From positions 64,740,665-64,804,664 of the forward strand of contig JAUZTB010000064.1 in assembly GCA_034780895.1 (NCBI GenBank): DNA of 64,000 bases. Direction: 5' to 3'. The notes under the pieces are model-generated. The model ran no database searches, was not told the origin of the DNA, and was given only the letters and a program-made list of their open reading frames with translations. Positions 24,585 to 36,760 of the stretch are shown here, piece after piece. This stretch comes from Rhynchobatus australiae (taxonomy: Eukaryota). The first letter of the stretch is position 1. Every line of letters begins with the position of its first letter. Both the position numbers and the translations under genes were made by a program.

Positions 24585-24790
24585 ATGGGGTGGCAAAGCC
24601 AACATTTGTTGCCCATCCCTAATTGACCTTGAGAAGGTGGTGGCCTCTTGAACCATTTTCATTATGGTGAACACTGTTGCAGAGGGAGTTGCAAGCATTA
24701 ATGAAGTAACTGCAATATATTTTCAAGTTGGGATGGTATGGAAGTTGAAGGTGGTATTTCCATGCGACTGCTACTCTGCTCCTCCTTGAT
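24585..24790 (-). mobile_element. LINE/SINE 3'-end fragment
   Basis: ggcaaagccaacatttgttgcccatccctaattgaccttgagaaggtggtgg is a recalled common elasmobranch retroposon 3' end; a related sequence lies on + at ~44110-44140. Confidence 0.55.
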
Positions 24791-25199
24791 GGTTTGGAGT
24801 AGTAACTGAAATACATTTTGTAAATGAAACTTAAGTGGCCACTTAACAGGTGAAAAGGGATATGAATGTTCAGGAAGTTTAGTGTGCTTGATGTAGTGTA
24901 AATCACTTGTCACACCTTAGCACTTCCTGTTCGATCAACAGTTTGAAGGGTCATTATTATTGCTCCCAGACTCTTACAATTCTCACGCTGGGCTGCAGTA
25001 ATTAAAGAAGCAGTAGATCATGATCCCTCATCAGAAACCCTAGATTAATGATAATGAGAGTATTGTTAAAATATACAATTCTGCTGGCATTACAGCTGGT
25101 GTCCTCATAAATGTAATGAAATAGGAGTTACTGTAAAACACGACAGCATCTTTTGACATAGTTGACCCACACCACCCTCCTCTAGTGTCTCTTCTCCGA

Positions 25200-26130
25200 C
25201 ATTCATCTGGGTGAGCCAGTCTCACCTGATTTAAGTTTAACTATTCAGGCACAGGCAAGAATCTCCTGCAAAGGCAGCTTCTCCTGCTGCCATGCTATGT
25301 ATTGAAATCCTCCTTTCCCATGTAGTTGTCTCATTTAATCCTGTTTCGATCTCATTTGTCCTGGTCAATGCCTCTATTCCTTTCTAAGGCCACCATTTGA
25401 AATTGAATCAGTTGAATCAGACTGTTCCCAGCTTAGCATTGCTTTGGGCATCAAGCTGAGTTTGAGCTTCTGACTTCATACCCTTTCTGTCACATTGCCT
25501 GATTCTGTCTTTGTCTCAGCTAATTTACTGCTGAAATTTCTACCACCCCAGTAGCACCTGGTCTGTAGTGACTCAACCCTTAAAATTCTTTTCTTTGTTT
25601 TTAAGTCATCCTTAGTCCAAGATCACGGAAATCTCCTCCAACCTACAACCTCCCATATCCCTGTTTTCCTCCAGTGCTGGATGTTTGCTTGATTCGGCTT
25701 TTCATTGTTAGACCTTGGGTGAGCATATGTTCAGATCCATATTTCCTTTTGAGATATTTCTGCTTTTCCTCCTAAAAATATTGGAATTGGTTTATTATTG
25801 TTATTTGTACCTAGATACAGTGAAAAACTTGTCTTGCACGCCATCCATAGAGATTCATTACACAGTGCATTGAGGTAGTACAAGGTAAAACAATACGAAT
25901 GCAGAGTAAGGTGTCAGAGCTACAGAGAAAGTGCAGTGCAGGTAGACAATAAGGTGCAAGGTCGTGACGAGGTAGATTCTGAGGTCAAGAGTCTTATCGT
26001 ATGTATATGTATATCTTTGATTAAATTTTTGCCCTTGGCATCTCACCTTGGTGTCAGATGTTGCTGAGGTTTCTTTTTGGGGAGCTTCTAATTACATTAA
26101 GGGGGCTATATAAATGCAAGTCATGGTGAA
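25200..26130 (+). mobile_element. Decayed L2 LINE 3' part with a nested minus-strand LINE tail at ~25785-26000
   Basis: ttaaaattcttttctttgtttttaagtc...aatctcctccaacctacaaccc and the end ttacattaagggggctatataaatgcaagt; interrupted by aattggtttattattg...tacagtgaaaaacttgtcttgca. Confidence 0.6.
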
Positions 26131-27304
26131 CTTTGTTTAAAGGATTTGGTACTGCAATAATTAAAAAGTTATTTTTTCCAACTGATCTGGCATACTGATA
26201 GGATGAAACCTTCATTCATGACAGCTGTAACAATTTGCATTTTGCAAGTTTGGGATTATCAAGCTCATTCAAAGTGGATATGCAAACAAATGTGAAAACC
26301 TCTGCAATTACATTATTAACTTGGAAGGACTGCAATGCCTTTTGCTTTGTTTCCAACATGTACCCTTAACCTGGTATGGCTGGATGGTGATACTGCTAAA
26401 TGATTGCACTTCAAAGTAATCTTGATGAATAAGGAAATAGACCAACCTAATTTGCTTGATTGAATATTGTTATCAATAATTTAAAATGTGCACTGCAATT
26501 TAAATCTCTGATCCAGATTCAAACAATTCAGAAGATAGCACTTGTATTAAGACTACAGGTCCTAAGTATACTTTCCCTTAAGATTATGTCTATGTTGAAT
26601 TCTTCCATTAATTTCAGCCGTGATACTTTGAGATATTAGAGTGTTTTGGAGCAGTTGGTGCACAGTGGTCTGTCCATTGATTGACACAGCTGCTCTTCTT
26701 GTCCAAGCTCCTTGGTTGGCCATAACTAAATATTCATTTCAAGCTGCTGCCTACACATAGGTTTGCTTCTGGGAGCTTCCATGACAGGAGCTGGAAAATT
26801 TATTACACTAGAAAAGTGAAGGTAGTTTATTTACATTTTTAGCTTCTATTCTCATCAGGGCAAGTAAATAAATGTAATGATTTTAAACTGCTATTTTATG
26901 CCATGGGAGTGTGCTGAAGCGGCATGGTAGGGGGAATCGAATATTCTCGCACCTCTTTGCTAGTTGAATGCTTCTGATGCTCCTGTTGGAAGAAAGGAGT
27001 TTTTGGCATGATTGGCATCCAGGAGCCTGTTGATTAACTCACCCTTTGGGGCAAATGTTTACTGAAAAGGCCAGTGATCCTGGCAGTGGATATGGATGAT
27101 GAAGGTCAACAAGGAAAAGAGAGGGACTTGCTGCCTGGATGCTGTGTACTCGTTAGTTATTATTAAAAAAGTTTCTTGGTGAAGTGCGAAAGATGACAGA
27201 AGTCAATGAATCTGTGGCAGTGCATTCGTTGATACAGCAGATGTTCCATTAGTTGGGCTGGAATGAGGCAGAGGCAGAAAATCTGAAAAGAAAATGTGGC
27301 TGTG

Positions 27305-27398
27305 ATGGTGTTGACAGCACTCTGTCGATGTTGGCCACCAGCCTCCTTGCTGCAGATGGCACAAGGCTGCAGCTGCCTCCCAACAGAACTTGCTACAG
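27305..27398 (+). CDS. Candidate alternative first coding exon (MVLTALCRCWPPASLLQMAQGCSCLPTELAT)
   Basis: ATG in strong context (GTGATGG), an open frame of 31 codons + 1 nt, and a consensus donor CAG|GTGAGG at 27399. Phase 1 is compatible with the APBB2 exon at 43108. No homology evidence. Confidence 0.3.
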
Positions 27399-27749
27399 GT
27401 GAGGTTATTGGCACAATAGCAAGTGTGACAAATACTCATTTGCTCTCTCTCTGTTTTATCCCTTCACTTTTTAGATTTTGAGGTGGGAAGCTTCGAAAGC
27501 CAGCTCAGTGTTTTACGTTAGAGTAGCAGGGTTTAGAAAAATAGTCCGAGGTTGGATTGCATGGTGCGTAAACCCTCTGTGCCATGTGGTTAGGTTCACA
27601 AAGAACCACTTGGCTCTCTACATCTAGAAAGATTAAGTGCAGAAGGACTTGCCTTATCTCTTTTATCTGTAGTTATAAAATGAATAAGCTGCATATTGGT
27701 TTACTTTCACTACGTAATTAATACACATGAAAAGAAAGAATAAGTAAGT

Positions 27750-28316
27750 GTTAGGGAGTTGGATGAACTTTGGATAGTTCGGGAGTAGAGGCTGACATAG
27801 AAGTTTCAGGGAGATAGTTACCCCTAAAAGTCAGGAGGCAGGTAGCTGGGTGACTGTTAGGAAAGGGAAGGGGATTAGACAGAAGAGGCAGAGCACCCCT
27901 GTGGCGGTTTCCATCAGCAATAAGTATACCGTTTTGGATACTGCTGGTGGGGATGACCTACCAGGGACAAGTTGTAGTGGTCAAGTCTCTGGCACCAAGG
28001 CGGGACCCTCATCTCAGATAGGAGGGAGGGTAAAGAGGAGAGCAGTAGTGATAGGGGATTCAATAGTTAGGGGGACAGANNNNNNNNNNNNNNNNNNNNN
28101 NNNNNNNNNNNNNNNNNNNNNNNNNNNNNNNNNNNNNNNNNNNNNNNNNNNNNNNNNNNNNNNNNNNNNNNNNNNNNNNGGATAGATACATGGACGGGAG
28201 TGGTCTGGAGGGTTATGGGCTGGGTGCAGGTAAATGGGACTAGCAGAATAATGTTTTGGCCCAGACTAGAAGGGCCGAATGGCCTGTTTTCTGTGCTGTA
28301 GTTTTTCTATGGTTCT
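27750..28316 (+). mobile_element. CR1 LINE: ORF1 (SGNH/esterase) start, N gap, then 3' end
   Basis: ORF 27850 contains TPVAVSISNKYTVLDT...RAVVIGDSIVRGT (GDS esterase motif). After the gap, ggatagatacatgg...gggccgaatggcctgttttctgtgctgtag is a CR1 3' terminus. Confidence 0.85.
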
Positions 28317-29399
28317 AAATGCATTAAAAAAAAGTAGCAATTATCTTGTTCGTATTATGCTCTGTTGAAAGTTCATTTGTTGAATAACAGGGCAGTTGGA
28401 AAGCAGAATATCTAGCTTTTTGTTCCACTTGAACTTTTTTTTATGCCACCTGCACTGCAACATCTCACCCCGGTTGTTTCCTTGATTTCCTTTTTTCGGT
28501 GCTTTCAGCAGGCATGTCTCCTTTAAATTGCTGTGGTATTAGTATTATAATTGTAAAGTTCCTCATGCAAGGGAGTGGTAAGGAATTTACCATGGACCTG
28601 GAGTTTGCTTTTAAATCCTGAATGTGCCACTAAATGCTTTGAGCTTTTAATGCAACACTGTTAAGCTAAATAGAATAAAAAACATCTGTGCAGAATAAAT
28701 GCAGTTTTGTTATTGGTGTAATATTTTGGGTGTAATTTGGGCACTGGCAGTCTGAGTGTTTGTAATTAACTAACTGACCAACCTGGTTAATTACTCTCTT
28801 AGAAAGACCTTTTACATTTTTGGTGGCGAGTTTGAAGTATTTGATAGAGTACAATGAGATACAAGGGAGTTACTGTACTCTACATTAAATGTAATTATTT
28901 TACATTGCTGTATTGGGTTTGGCAGCATTAACATATAAAATTGGAAGCACAGAATAAAGCTTTTATTCTGATCAGACTACCAGCTGTCTAACAGAAGCAT
29001 GGTGGTCTGTTGGCTCTTTGCACTGTCTCAACAAAATGCCATTTTGTGGTCTCCAGGAGATGAGGGATAATTCACCATGAAATCCATTCTTTGTTCAAAA
29101 TTTGCAGCCTTTAAATTTGTATCCTTTACATGTAAACTGTTTAAAACAGAGAGAAAAAAAAACTAAGGTGAATACTTTGTAAATGAATCAAAGCTAAATG
29201 GAGAATTTTGAAGTATTCCTCAATCACTTTTTCAAAAAGTTCAAGTCTTGATGTCTGCTACCCTTTTGGAATAGCCTCAACTCTACCCATAGCTGTCTGA
29301 ATTGTGGGAGAGTTGTGCAGAGGCCAGCATGCTGATAGTGTGAGGTGATAGTTATCATTGCAGCAAAGGTTGGTGTTGGGGATTTGGGGGATGCTGTAC

Positions 29400-29650
29400 A
29401 CAGATCAATGTTAAAATGCAGTTATGGCTTGAGGAAAGGCAAATGGCATCTTAACAGTTATTGCTAGGTGACTTAATTAAAGAATTGAAAGATTGAAGAA
29501 GAATTGCTGCATTTGTATAGAGATTTGGTAAGACCACACCTGAGTATTGCCACAAAGAATATTCTTGCAATAATGGAGATGCAACAGAGATTTATGAGAT
29601 CGATAACCCATGATGGGACCTGTAAAATATGTGGTTTAGGTAAAATAGGG
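29400..29650 (+). mobile_element. Decayed CR1 fragment
   Basis: ggcaaatggcatctt...ctgcatttgtatagagatttggtaagaccacacctgagtattg (LYRxLVRPHLEY). Confidence 0.65.
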
Positions 29651-31049
29651 AGTGTATGCCTTTAAATATTCTGTCATTTTAACAGCTGCTCTCTACGTAT
29701 GTAGCTTTAGTTTATGTTGACCATGCTTGAACCAGCTTCCTGTCTGGCAGCAGGCACACAGAAAAGAGGTGCTCTGTCTCTTTTTCTGTAAGTATTTTCT
29801 TTATTAAAGTACTTTCATAATCTAACTTACTGGTGGTCCACGAGAGAGAGGTGACGTAAGCCATGTTAGTAACACTAAGACATTTGGATATTGTGCCTGA
29901 ATCTGAATACCAGACACCATCAAGAATCCCTCCCAATTGCAATAACGCAGATGTGCACTGAGAGATAGTGAACTGTGCAAATCAAGTGAGATGCTGCATC
30001 AGGAAGCAAATAAAGGCTACTGAGCCATTCCATTTCCAGGCAAGTAACCTCTATCTAAAGAATGGAGACAGTGAAAACTTTTCACTGTATTATGGCTTTT
30101 TGAGATGAGCCAGTACAGGCAAAAGTCAAGATGCTATTACAGCTTATTGGCACAAAATGAGGCACTGGGGAATACAAAAGATGTGCATTGACAGTTATCA
30201 GTTATTTCCTTACAGTCAGGATCTGTGAGAGTAATACTTTCTTAACAGAAGCCAAGATCTTAACAGAGCTAAGATTGTTAGCAGGTAATTGCAGCTTTGT
30301 AGATTTGAACAATTTGCTAATCAGTCTGATTGTGGTGTCTGGGAGTTTGGCCTGAGTGAGACGGAGTTAATTCTAGGAAGGTGATGTGGAGTTGTGCATG
30401 ATCCAAACCCAGGCGAGAAATAGCAGATGCCCAATGGAAGGAAGTACATGTGTGTGAAGCATGAGACAAAAGTCAGAATTGTCCAGCCAAGGTGGTGTGG
30501 ATATTACAGCTGTTGTGGACAGCAGTGTAAGGCACTGAAAAAGAAATTACCTCCATATGGGGAGGAAGTATGCACAATGTGGATCAGAATACTATTTCAA
30601 CATATAGTGCACAATGAACTGGACATTGTAAATCCAAAGGGTAGATAAGATCAGTCATGCAGGAGCAGAGAGATGGCGAGGTACTACTTGAGCACAATGT
30701 ACCAAATGAGTTAAATTCTGTATAAGGAATGCTAGCTAGATATAACTATGCCCACCTGTTGATGCAAGAGCAACCAAGATCATTTCAATTTGACTTGGGA
30801 CCAAATATTATCTTCCAAGCATTGGTGGTGCAGTTAAAGCCAATGAGTCATGTGCTGTTGATGTTCAACAAGGCCACAAAGAAGTGGGCTGGAAGACGGT
30901 CAAAGTGGTGACTCCAACAAATCGAAAGCTATAATATGGGATTTCATTTTATAGTTGAACAGAAAGAGGTCACAAGTAGTTCAGCCCAGTAAATGGGTTT
31001 GATAAAGATCTATATCCTCTACAGAAAAGTACATTGTAATTGAGAATTC

Positions 31050-32705
31050 ACGGAAGGGGACTGTGGAATTCTCAAATAAGTCACAGTTAAAAAGAAGTAC
31101 TGGATTAAAGATGGATAAATCCGTAGGGCCTCATGAGATATATTCCAGGCTGCTGAGGAAGACAAGGGAGGAGATTAGTGGGGCTCTGACAGAATTTTAA
31201 ATCTTTGCTGGCCAAGCATAAGGTGTGAGATGACTAGAGGAAAGCTCATGTGATATCTTTATTCAAGAGGAATATCAGGGTTAAACCAGGTAATTACAGG
31301 CTGTGAATCGAAATTCAGTGGAGGGGAAGTTATTAAAAACCCTTCCAAGGGACAAGATTAATCTACACTTAAGGCAGGGATTAATCAAAGATAGCCAGCT
31401 TGGCTTTGGTGATTTGGTCTGACCAATTTGATTAAACTTTTCAAAGTAGGAGCAAAATGTATTGATGAAGACAGTGCAATTGAAGCAGTCTATGTGGATT
31501 TCAGTAAGATCAAATTCCTAAAGGTTAGAGCTCATGGGATTCAGGACAAATTGGTAAATTGGATCCAAAATTGGCTTGGTAATAGGAGGCAGGGAGTCAT
31601 GGCGGAGGGTGGTTCTGTGATTGGACAACCGTGACCAATGATGCACCNNNNNNNNNNNNNNNNNNNNNNNNNNNNNNNNNNNNNNNNNNNNNNNNNNNNN
31701 NNNNNNNNNNNNNNNNNNNNNNNNNNNNNNNNNNNNNNNNNNNNNNNGGAGGCAGGGAGTCATGGCGGAGGGTGGTTTTGTGATTGGACAACCGTGACCA
31801 ATGATGCACCACAGTGACCAGCACAGGGGACCCTTACTGTTTTGTTATATAGTTTAACAATTTTGATGTGAATGTGGGCGGTATGACTAATAACATTGCA
31901 GATGACATGAAAATTTGTGGCATTGTTGACACTGAAAGGGGTAGTCTAAGGCTACAGAATGAAATTGATAAATTGGTAAGATTAACAGGGCAATGGCAGG
32001 TGGAATTTAATCCTAATTAGTGTGAGGACTGATGAGGCTCGGACATGCACAATGAATGCTAGGCTCCAAGGGAGCATTGAGGAGCAGAGTGGCCTTGCAA
32101 ATCAAGGATTGCTGAAGGTGGCAACACAGATAAATAAGGTGGTTAAGAAAACATGGGTGCCTGCTTTTGTTAACCACGGCATAGAATGCAAGAGCTGGCA
32201 GGTAATGATAGAACTTTGGTTGGCCTGGAGTACTACACAGTTCATCACCACACTCTGGGAAGAACATGATTGCGCTAGAGAGGAGGCTCACTAAGATGTT
32301 GCCTAGGATAGAGTGTTTCAGTTGTGAGGAGAGACTGGATAGGCTGAGGTTGTTTTCCTTAGAGTGGAAGAAATTGAGGGGTGATCTGACTGAAGTGAAT
32401 ACAATTGACGGGCTTAGATAGGGTAGATGGTACAAAGCTTCTCTCCTGATATAAAATCATAGGGCAGTGGTTTAAGGGAAGGGATAGGAAGGTTAAAGGG
32501 GTTCTGAGGTAGTGTGTAGTTGGAACCTGGAGCACACTGTCTGCAGGAGTGGTTGGAGGCAGAGAAACTCTCAACATTTTAAAAAGTGTTCAGATGAGCA
32601 CTTGTTTTGACATTGAAGGCTACAGGCCAAGTTCTGGAGAGTGGGGTTGGTATCGATGGTACTTGGGGGGCTGAGGACCTGCTTCTGTGCTGTGTGATTC
32701 CATGA
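31050..32705 (+). mobile_element. CR1 LINE ORF2 RT to 3' end, decayed
   Basis: ORF 31428 contains AVYVDFSK...KVRAHGIQDKLVNWIQNWLGNRRQ; also gcagatgacatgaaaatt (ADD) and the 3' end gggctgaggacctgcttctgtgctgtg. Confidence 0.9.
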
Positions 32706-33079
32706 CTATGACAGGATCCAGAAGTTTGTGAAAAATGATGTGCAATTGCTACCACAAAAGTGCCAAAGCCCTGACACCACTTGGAGCTGGAGATGCAGTG
32801 AGGATAAAGTGCAGATTAGTTGAGCACCAGATATGACAGGAGATGGTGGTGGCACAACCTTCTGAGTATATATTTTTGCTCTGTCAGTGTTGAATGGGTT
32901 TGAACTGATTGCTGTCTGGGAGTAGGTGTACAAAAAAATGGAATGCTCTCCCCCTGTTTCCTTGTGTCAGTTCTTTTGTTTAGTAGAGCACTTTCTTGGT
33001 TTAACCTACCAGCTATAATCCATTACCTTAAAGTGATATTGATACAAGAAGCCTGTCCTTTAGGGATAAACCTTTTTCT

Positions 33080-33425
33080 GGAATTTAGAAAAATTCAAGG
33101 AATTCTCATTAACATCTATAAAATTGTTAGATGGCTTGACAAGGTAAATGGTGAGAGGCTTTTCCCTCTGGCAAGAGGGTTGAATTGAGATCTTTTATCA
33201 TTTTAGTGTCTAATGAGGTGAAGCATTACACCTTACCNNNNNNNNNNGCCCAGAGAGCTGTGAATGCTTGGTCATTGACTATATTCAAAACTGGGTTTGA
33301 TAGCTTTGGGGGACTAAGGGAAATGAAGAATGTGGAAACAGTGGAAAAGTGGAATTCATTTAGAAGGATGATCATATTGAATGATGAAAAAGGCTTGATG
33401 GGTTATATGGCCTCTTTCAGCTTCT
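33080..33425 (+). mobile_element. CR1 3' fragment
   Basis: Translates to GILINIYKIVRWLDKVNGERLFPL; cagagagctgtgaatgcttgg. Confidence 0.7.
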
Positions 33426-33429
33426 ATTT

Positions 33430-34378
33430 CATAGATTCATCGTTATATAGCATGAAAACAGGCCTTTCAGTCCATGCTAACTAAGATGTCCATCAACACT
33501 NNNNNNNNNNNNNNNNNNNNNNNNNNNNNNNNNNNNNNNNNNNNNNNNNNNNNNNNNNNNNNNNNNNNNNNNNNNNNNNNNNNNNNNNNNNNNNNNNNNN
33601 ACCTGTATGAGTCCCATATCCCTCTAAAACTTTCTTATCCTATCCTAAATGTCTTCTAAACATTGTAATTGTACCCTCCTCTACTACTTGCTCTGGCAGC
33701 TTGTTCCATATACCCATCACCCTCTGTGTGAAAAACTTGCCCTTCAAATCACTTTAATTCTTTCCCCTCTCACCTTTAAATCTATGCCCTCCAGTTTTAG
33801 ACTCCTCTACCCTGGAGAAAAGACTGTGACTACCTACCCTATCAATGCCCCTTGTAATTTTATAAACCTCAAAGGTCACCCCTCAGCCGCCTCCATTCTA
33901 TGGTAAACAGTCCCAACCTATCCAATCACCCCTTATAACTCAGTGCAGGCAACATTCCTGAGAATCTTTTCTGCACCCTCTCTAGCTTAATTACATCCAT
34001 CCTTTTGTGTGGCATTCAGAACTGCACACAATGCTCCAAGTGCAGCATAATCCATGACTTGTACAACTGTAACATGATGTTGTAGCTTTTGTACCTAATG
34101 CCTCGGCCAATGAAGACAAGCATGCTCTACACCTTCACCACCCTGTCCACCTGTGTTGCTTCTTTCAGGGAACTATGTACTTGTACTCCAAGCTCTCTCT
34201 GTTCAACAACAACCCTCAGGGCCCTGCCATTCACAGTATATACTTTGACCTGGTTTACCTTCAAAAGTGCATCATTTCACACTTGTCTGAGTTAAATTCT
34301 ATCAGCCATTCCCTTTACTACTTTCCCAGTTGATCTCTATCCTGTTATGACCTTAGACAACCTTCTTCACTGTCCACT
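33430..34378 (-). mobile_element. CR1 LINE 3' part
   Basis: catagattc...atacagcatgaaaacaggccttt 3' end; cagaactgcacacaatgctccaagtg is the reverse complement of HLEHCVQF. Confidence 0.85.
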
Positions 34379-34379
34379 T

Positions 34380-36482
34380 TTGGGAGGGGGGGTGGGTCCC
34401 TGAGCAGAAACTAGACAGTTAAGAAGTTGGGGGCAAATACTGTAGTCAATGAGAGCAAGTCGAGTAGACGGGATAGCCAGGAGCGCAACAAAGAGAGAGG
34501 AAAGACTGGTACTCTAAATTGCACTTAATGCAATGCAAGAGGGCTTAACAGGTAAGGCGGACAAATTCAGGGTGTCAATTGGCTCAGGGGACTGGGATAT
34601 TCTGGCCATAACAGAAATATGGCTGAGAGAAGAGCAGCTCAGCCTTTCAAGGTACAGATGCTAGTGGCATAATAGAAATACAGGGAAGTTTGGGGTTAGG
34701 GATGGAGTTGCCTTTTTGATGAGGGAGGACGTAATAAAAGTGCTTAGAAAGGATATTCTTTTGGGGGGGGGTAGGGGGGAAGGGGAGGACATTCAGTGAG
34801 GCTATATGGGTAGAACTTAGAAACAAGAAGGAGATGTTCACTTTGATGGGGCTGTATTATAGGTCCCCAATAGTCAACGTGAATTAGAGGAGCAGATGTG
34901 TAGGAAGATCTCAGAATCTGGGCAAGTGTGAGATATTGCCCTTTGGGATGTCAAATGAAAGGAGAAAGTATACAGTTAATGGTAGACCCCTTAATAGCAT
35001 TGAGGTACAGAGGGAACTTGGGGTCCAGGTCCATTCAGTGAAAGTGGCTACGTATGGATAAGGTGGTAAAGAAGGCATATGGCATGCTTGCCTTTATTGG
35101 TAGGGGTGCTGAGTATGAGAGTAAGGAAGTCATGCTGCAGCTATATAAAACTTTAGACAGATTGCACTTAGAGTATTGCATGCATTTCTGCTCGCCCCAT
35201 TATAGGAAGGATTTGGAGACTGTAGAGAGGGTGCAGAAGAGGTTTACCAGGATGCTGCCTGGATTAGAGGGTATGAGTTTGTCCAACCTTTCCATAAAGG
35301 TTGAACAAAACTTAGGTTGTTCTCCCAAGAGCATCAGACGCTGAGGGGAGTCCTGATAGAGGTTTTTTAAAATTATGAGAGGCATAGATAGGGGAGACAA
35401 TCAGAATCTTTTCTCCAGGGTAGAAATGTCAAACACCGGAGGGCGCGATTTTAAGGTTAGAGGGGAGAATTTTAAAGGTGACATGAAGGGCAAGTTCTTT
35501 ACGCAGAGAGTGGTNNNNNNNNNNAGGTGCTTGGAATATGTTACCAGGAGTAGTAGTGGAAACAGGTAGCTTGGTGGAGTTTAAGAGGCCTTTTGACAGT
35601 CACATGAATATGAAGCGAATAGAGGGATATGGGTGATACTCAGGAGAAGGATATTTAGTGTAAATTAGCATCAAGATTGGCACAACATCATGGGCCAAAT
35701 GGCCTGTCCAATGCTATACTGTTGTATGTATTATAGCTGTAAGAATAATAAGATAGTATTAGTGGGAGATTTTAACTTCCCTAATATTGACTGGGTCACC
35801 CCTAGTGCAAAGGTCTTGGATGGGGAGGAATTTGTTAAGTTTGTCCAAGAAAACTTTCTTAATCAATAAATAGAGGGCCCTACTAGATAGTGCACCACAC
35901 TGGACCTTTCTGTTAGGGAACGAGGTAGGGCAAGTGACTGAAGTGTTAGTGGAGGAGCACCATGCGGCAAGTAACCATGATTAATTTCAAAATACTTATG
36001 GAGAAAGATAGGACTGGTCCACAGGTTAGGGTCCTACATTAGGGCAGGGCCAATTTTGGAGGGATTAGGCAGGAACTTGCAGAGGTCGATTGGATGAGAC
36101 TGTTTGCAGGTAAAGTGGGAGGCTTTTAAAAGTGCAATATCAAGAGTTCAGGGACAACTTGTTCCTGTTAGGGTGAAGGGTAAGGCTGGCAAGTTAGGGA
36201 ACCTTGGTTGATGAAAGATATTGAGGCTGTGGTCAGGAAAAAGGTGGCATCCATCAGGTTTAGGCAGATGGTATCAAGCAAATTCCTTGATAAGTATAAG
36301 AACTATAAGCGTACACTTCAGAGGAAATCAGGTGGGCAAAAAGAAGGCATGAGGTGGACCTGGCAGGCAAGGTTGAGGAAAATTCCAAGAGATTCTATAA
36401 GTATATTATGAGTAAGTGGATGGCTAGGGAGAGAAGAGGTCCCCCTAAAGAACAGGATGGCCTTCTATGTATGGAGCCACAT
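34380..36482 (+). mobile_element. CR1 ORF2 endonuclease region interrupted by a second CR1 3' fragment (34916-35732)
   Basis: aatgcaagagg (NAR), gccataacagaaatatggctg (AITExWL), gctatatgggtagaacttagaaac; resumes at 35733 with gtgggagattttaacttccctaatattgactgg (VGDFNFPNIDW). The nested copy encodes KAYGMLAFIGRGAEYESKEVMLQLYKTL. Confidence 0.85.
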
Positions 36483-36489
36483 TTTATTC

Positions 36490-36760
36490 ATAGGAGCCTA
36501 GGAGAATGAGGGGTGGTATTAGAGAGGTGGATAAAATCATGAGGGGCACAGATAGGGTGAGTGCACACAGACCACCAATTTTGGTGTCATCTGCAAACTT
36601 ATTAATCATGCCATCTGTATTATCTTCCAAATCACTAATATACATATAACGAGCAATAAAGATCTCTGCACCATTTCCTGTGGCGCACCATTTCCTGTGG
36701 CACACCACTGGTTATAGGTCTCCAACCTGAAAAGCAAACTTCCACCCTCTGCCACCTCCC
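36490..36760. mobile_element. Two short CR1 fragments (+ 36490-36570; - 36570-36760)
   Basis: Minus ORF contains YISDLEDNTDGMINKFADDTKIGG; plus fragment gagaggtggataaaatcatgaggggcacagataggg. Confidence 0.75.

Noticed and set aside
29880-30960. Purine-rich stretch with short ORFs, possibly a decayed retroelement
   Set aside because: No diagnostic gag/pol/RT motif could be read.
31585-31810. ~63-bp duplication across a gap within CR1
   Set aside because: Gap-flank overlap (one mismatch, perhaps allelic); cannot be distinguished from an artefact.
34762-34790. G-quadruplex-like G runs (also C runs at 21504-21530 and 45965-45992)
   Set aside because: Simple homopolymer expansions, one inside a CR1; no evidence of function.
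36668-36708. 17-bp tandem duplication (also short ones at 21320-21348 and 12376-12418)
   Set aside because: Ordinary slippage duplications; not spaced arrays and nothing CRISPR-like.
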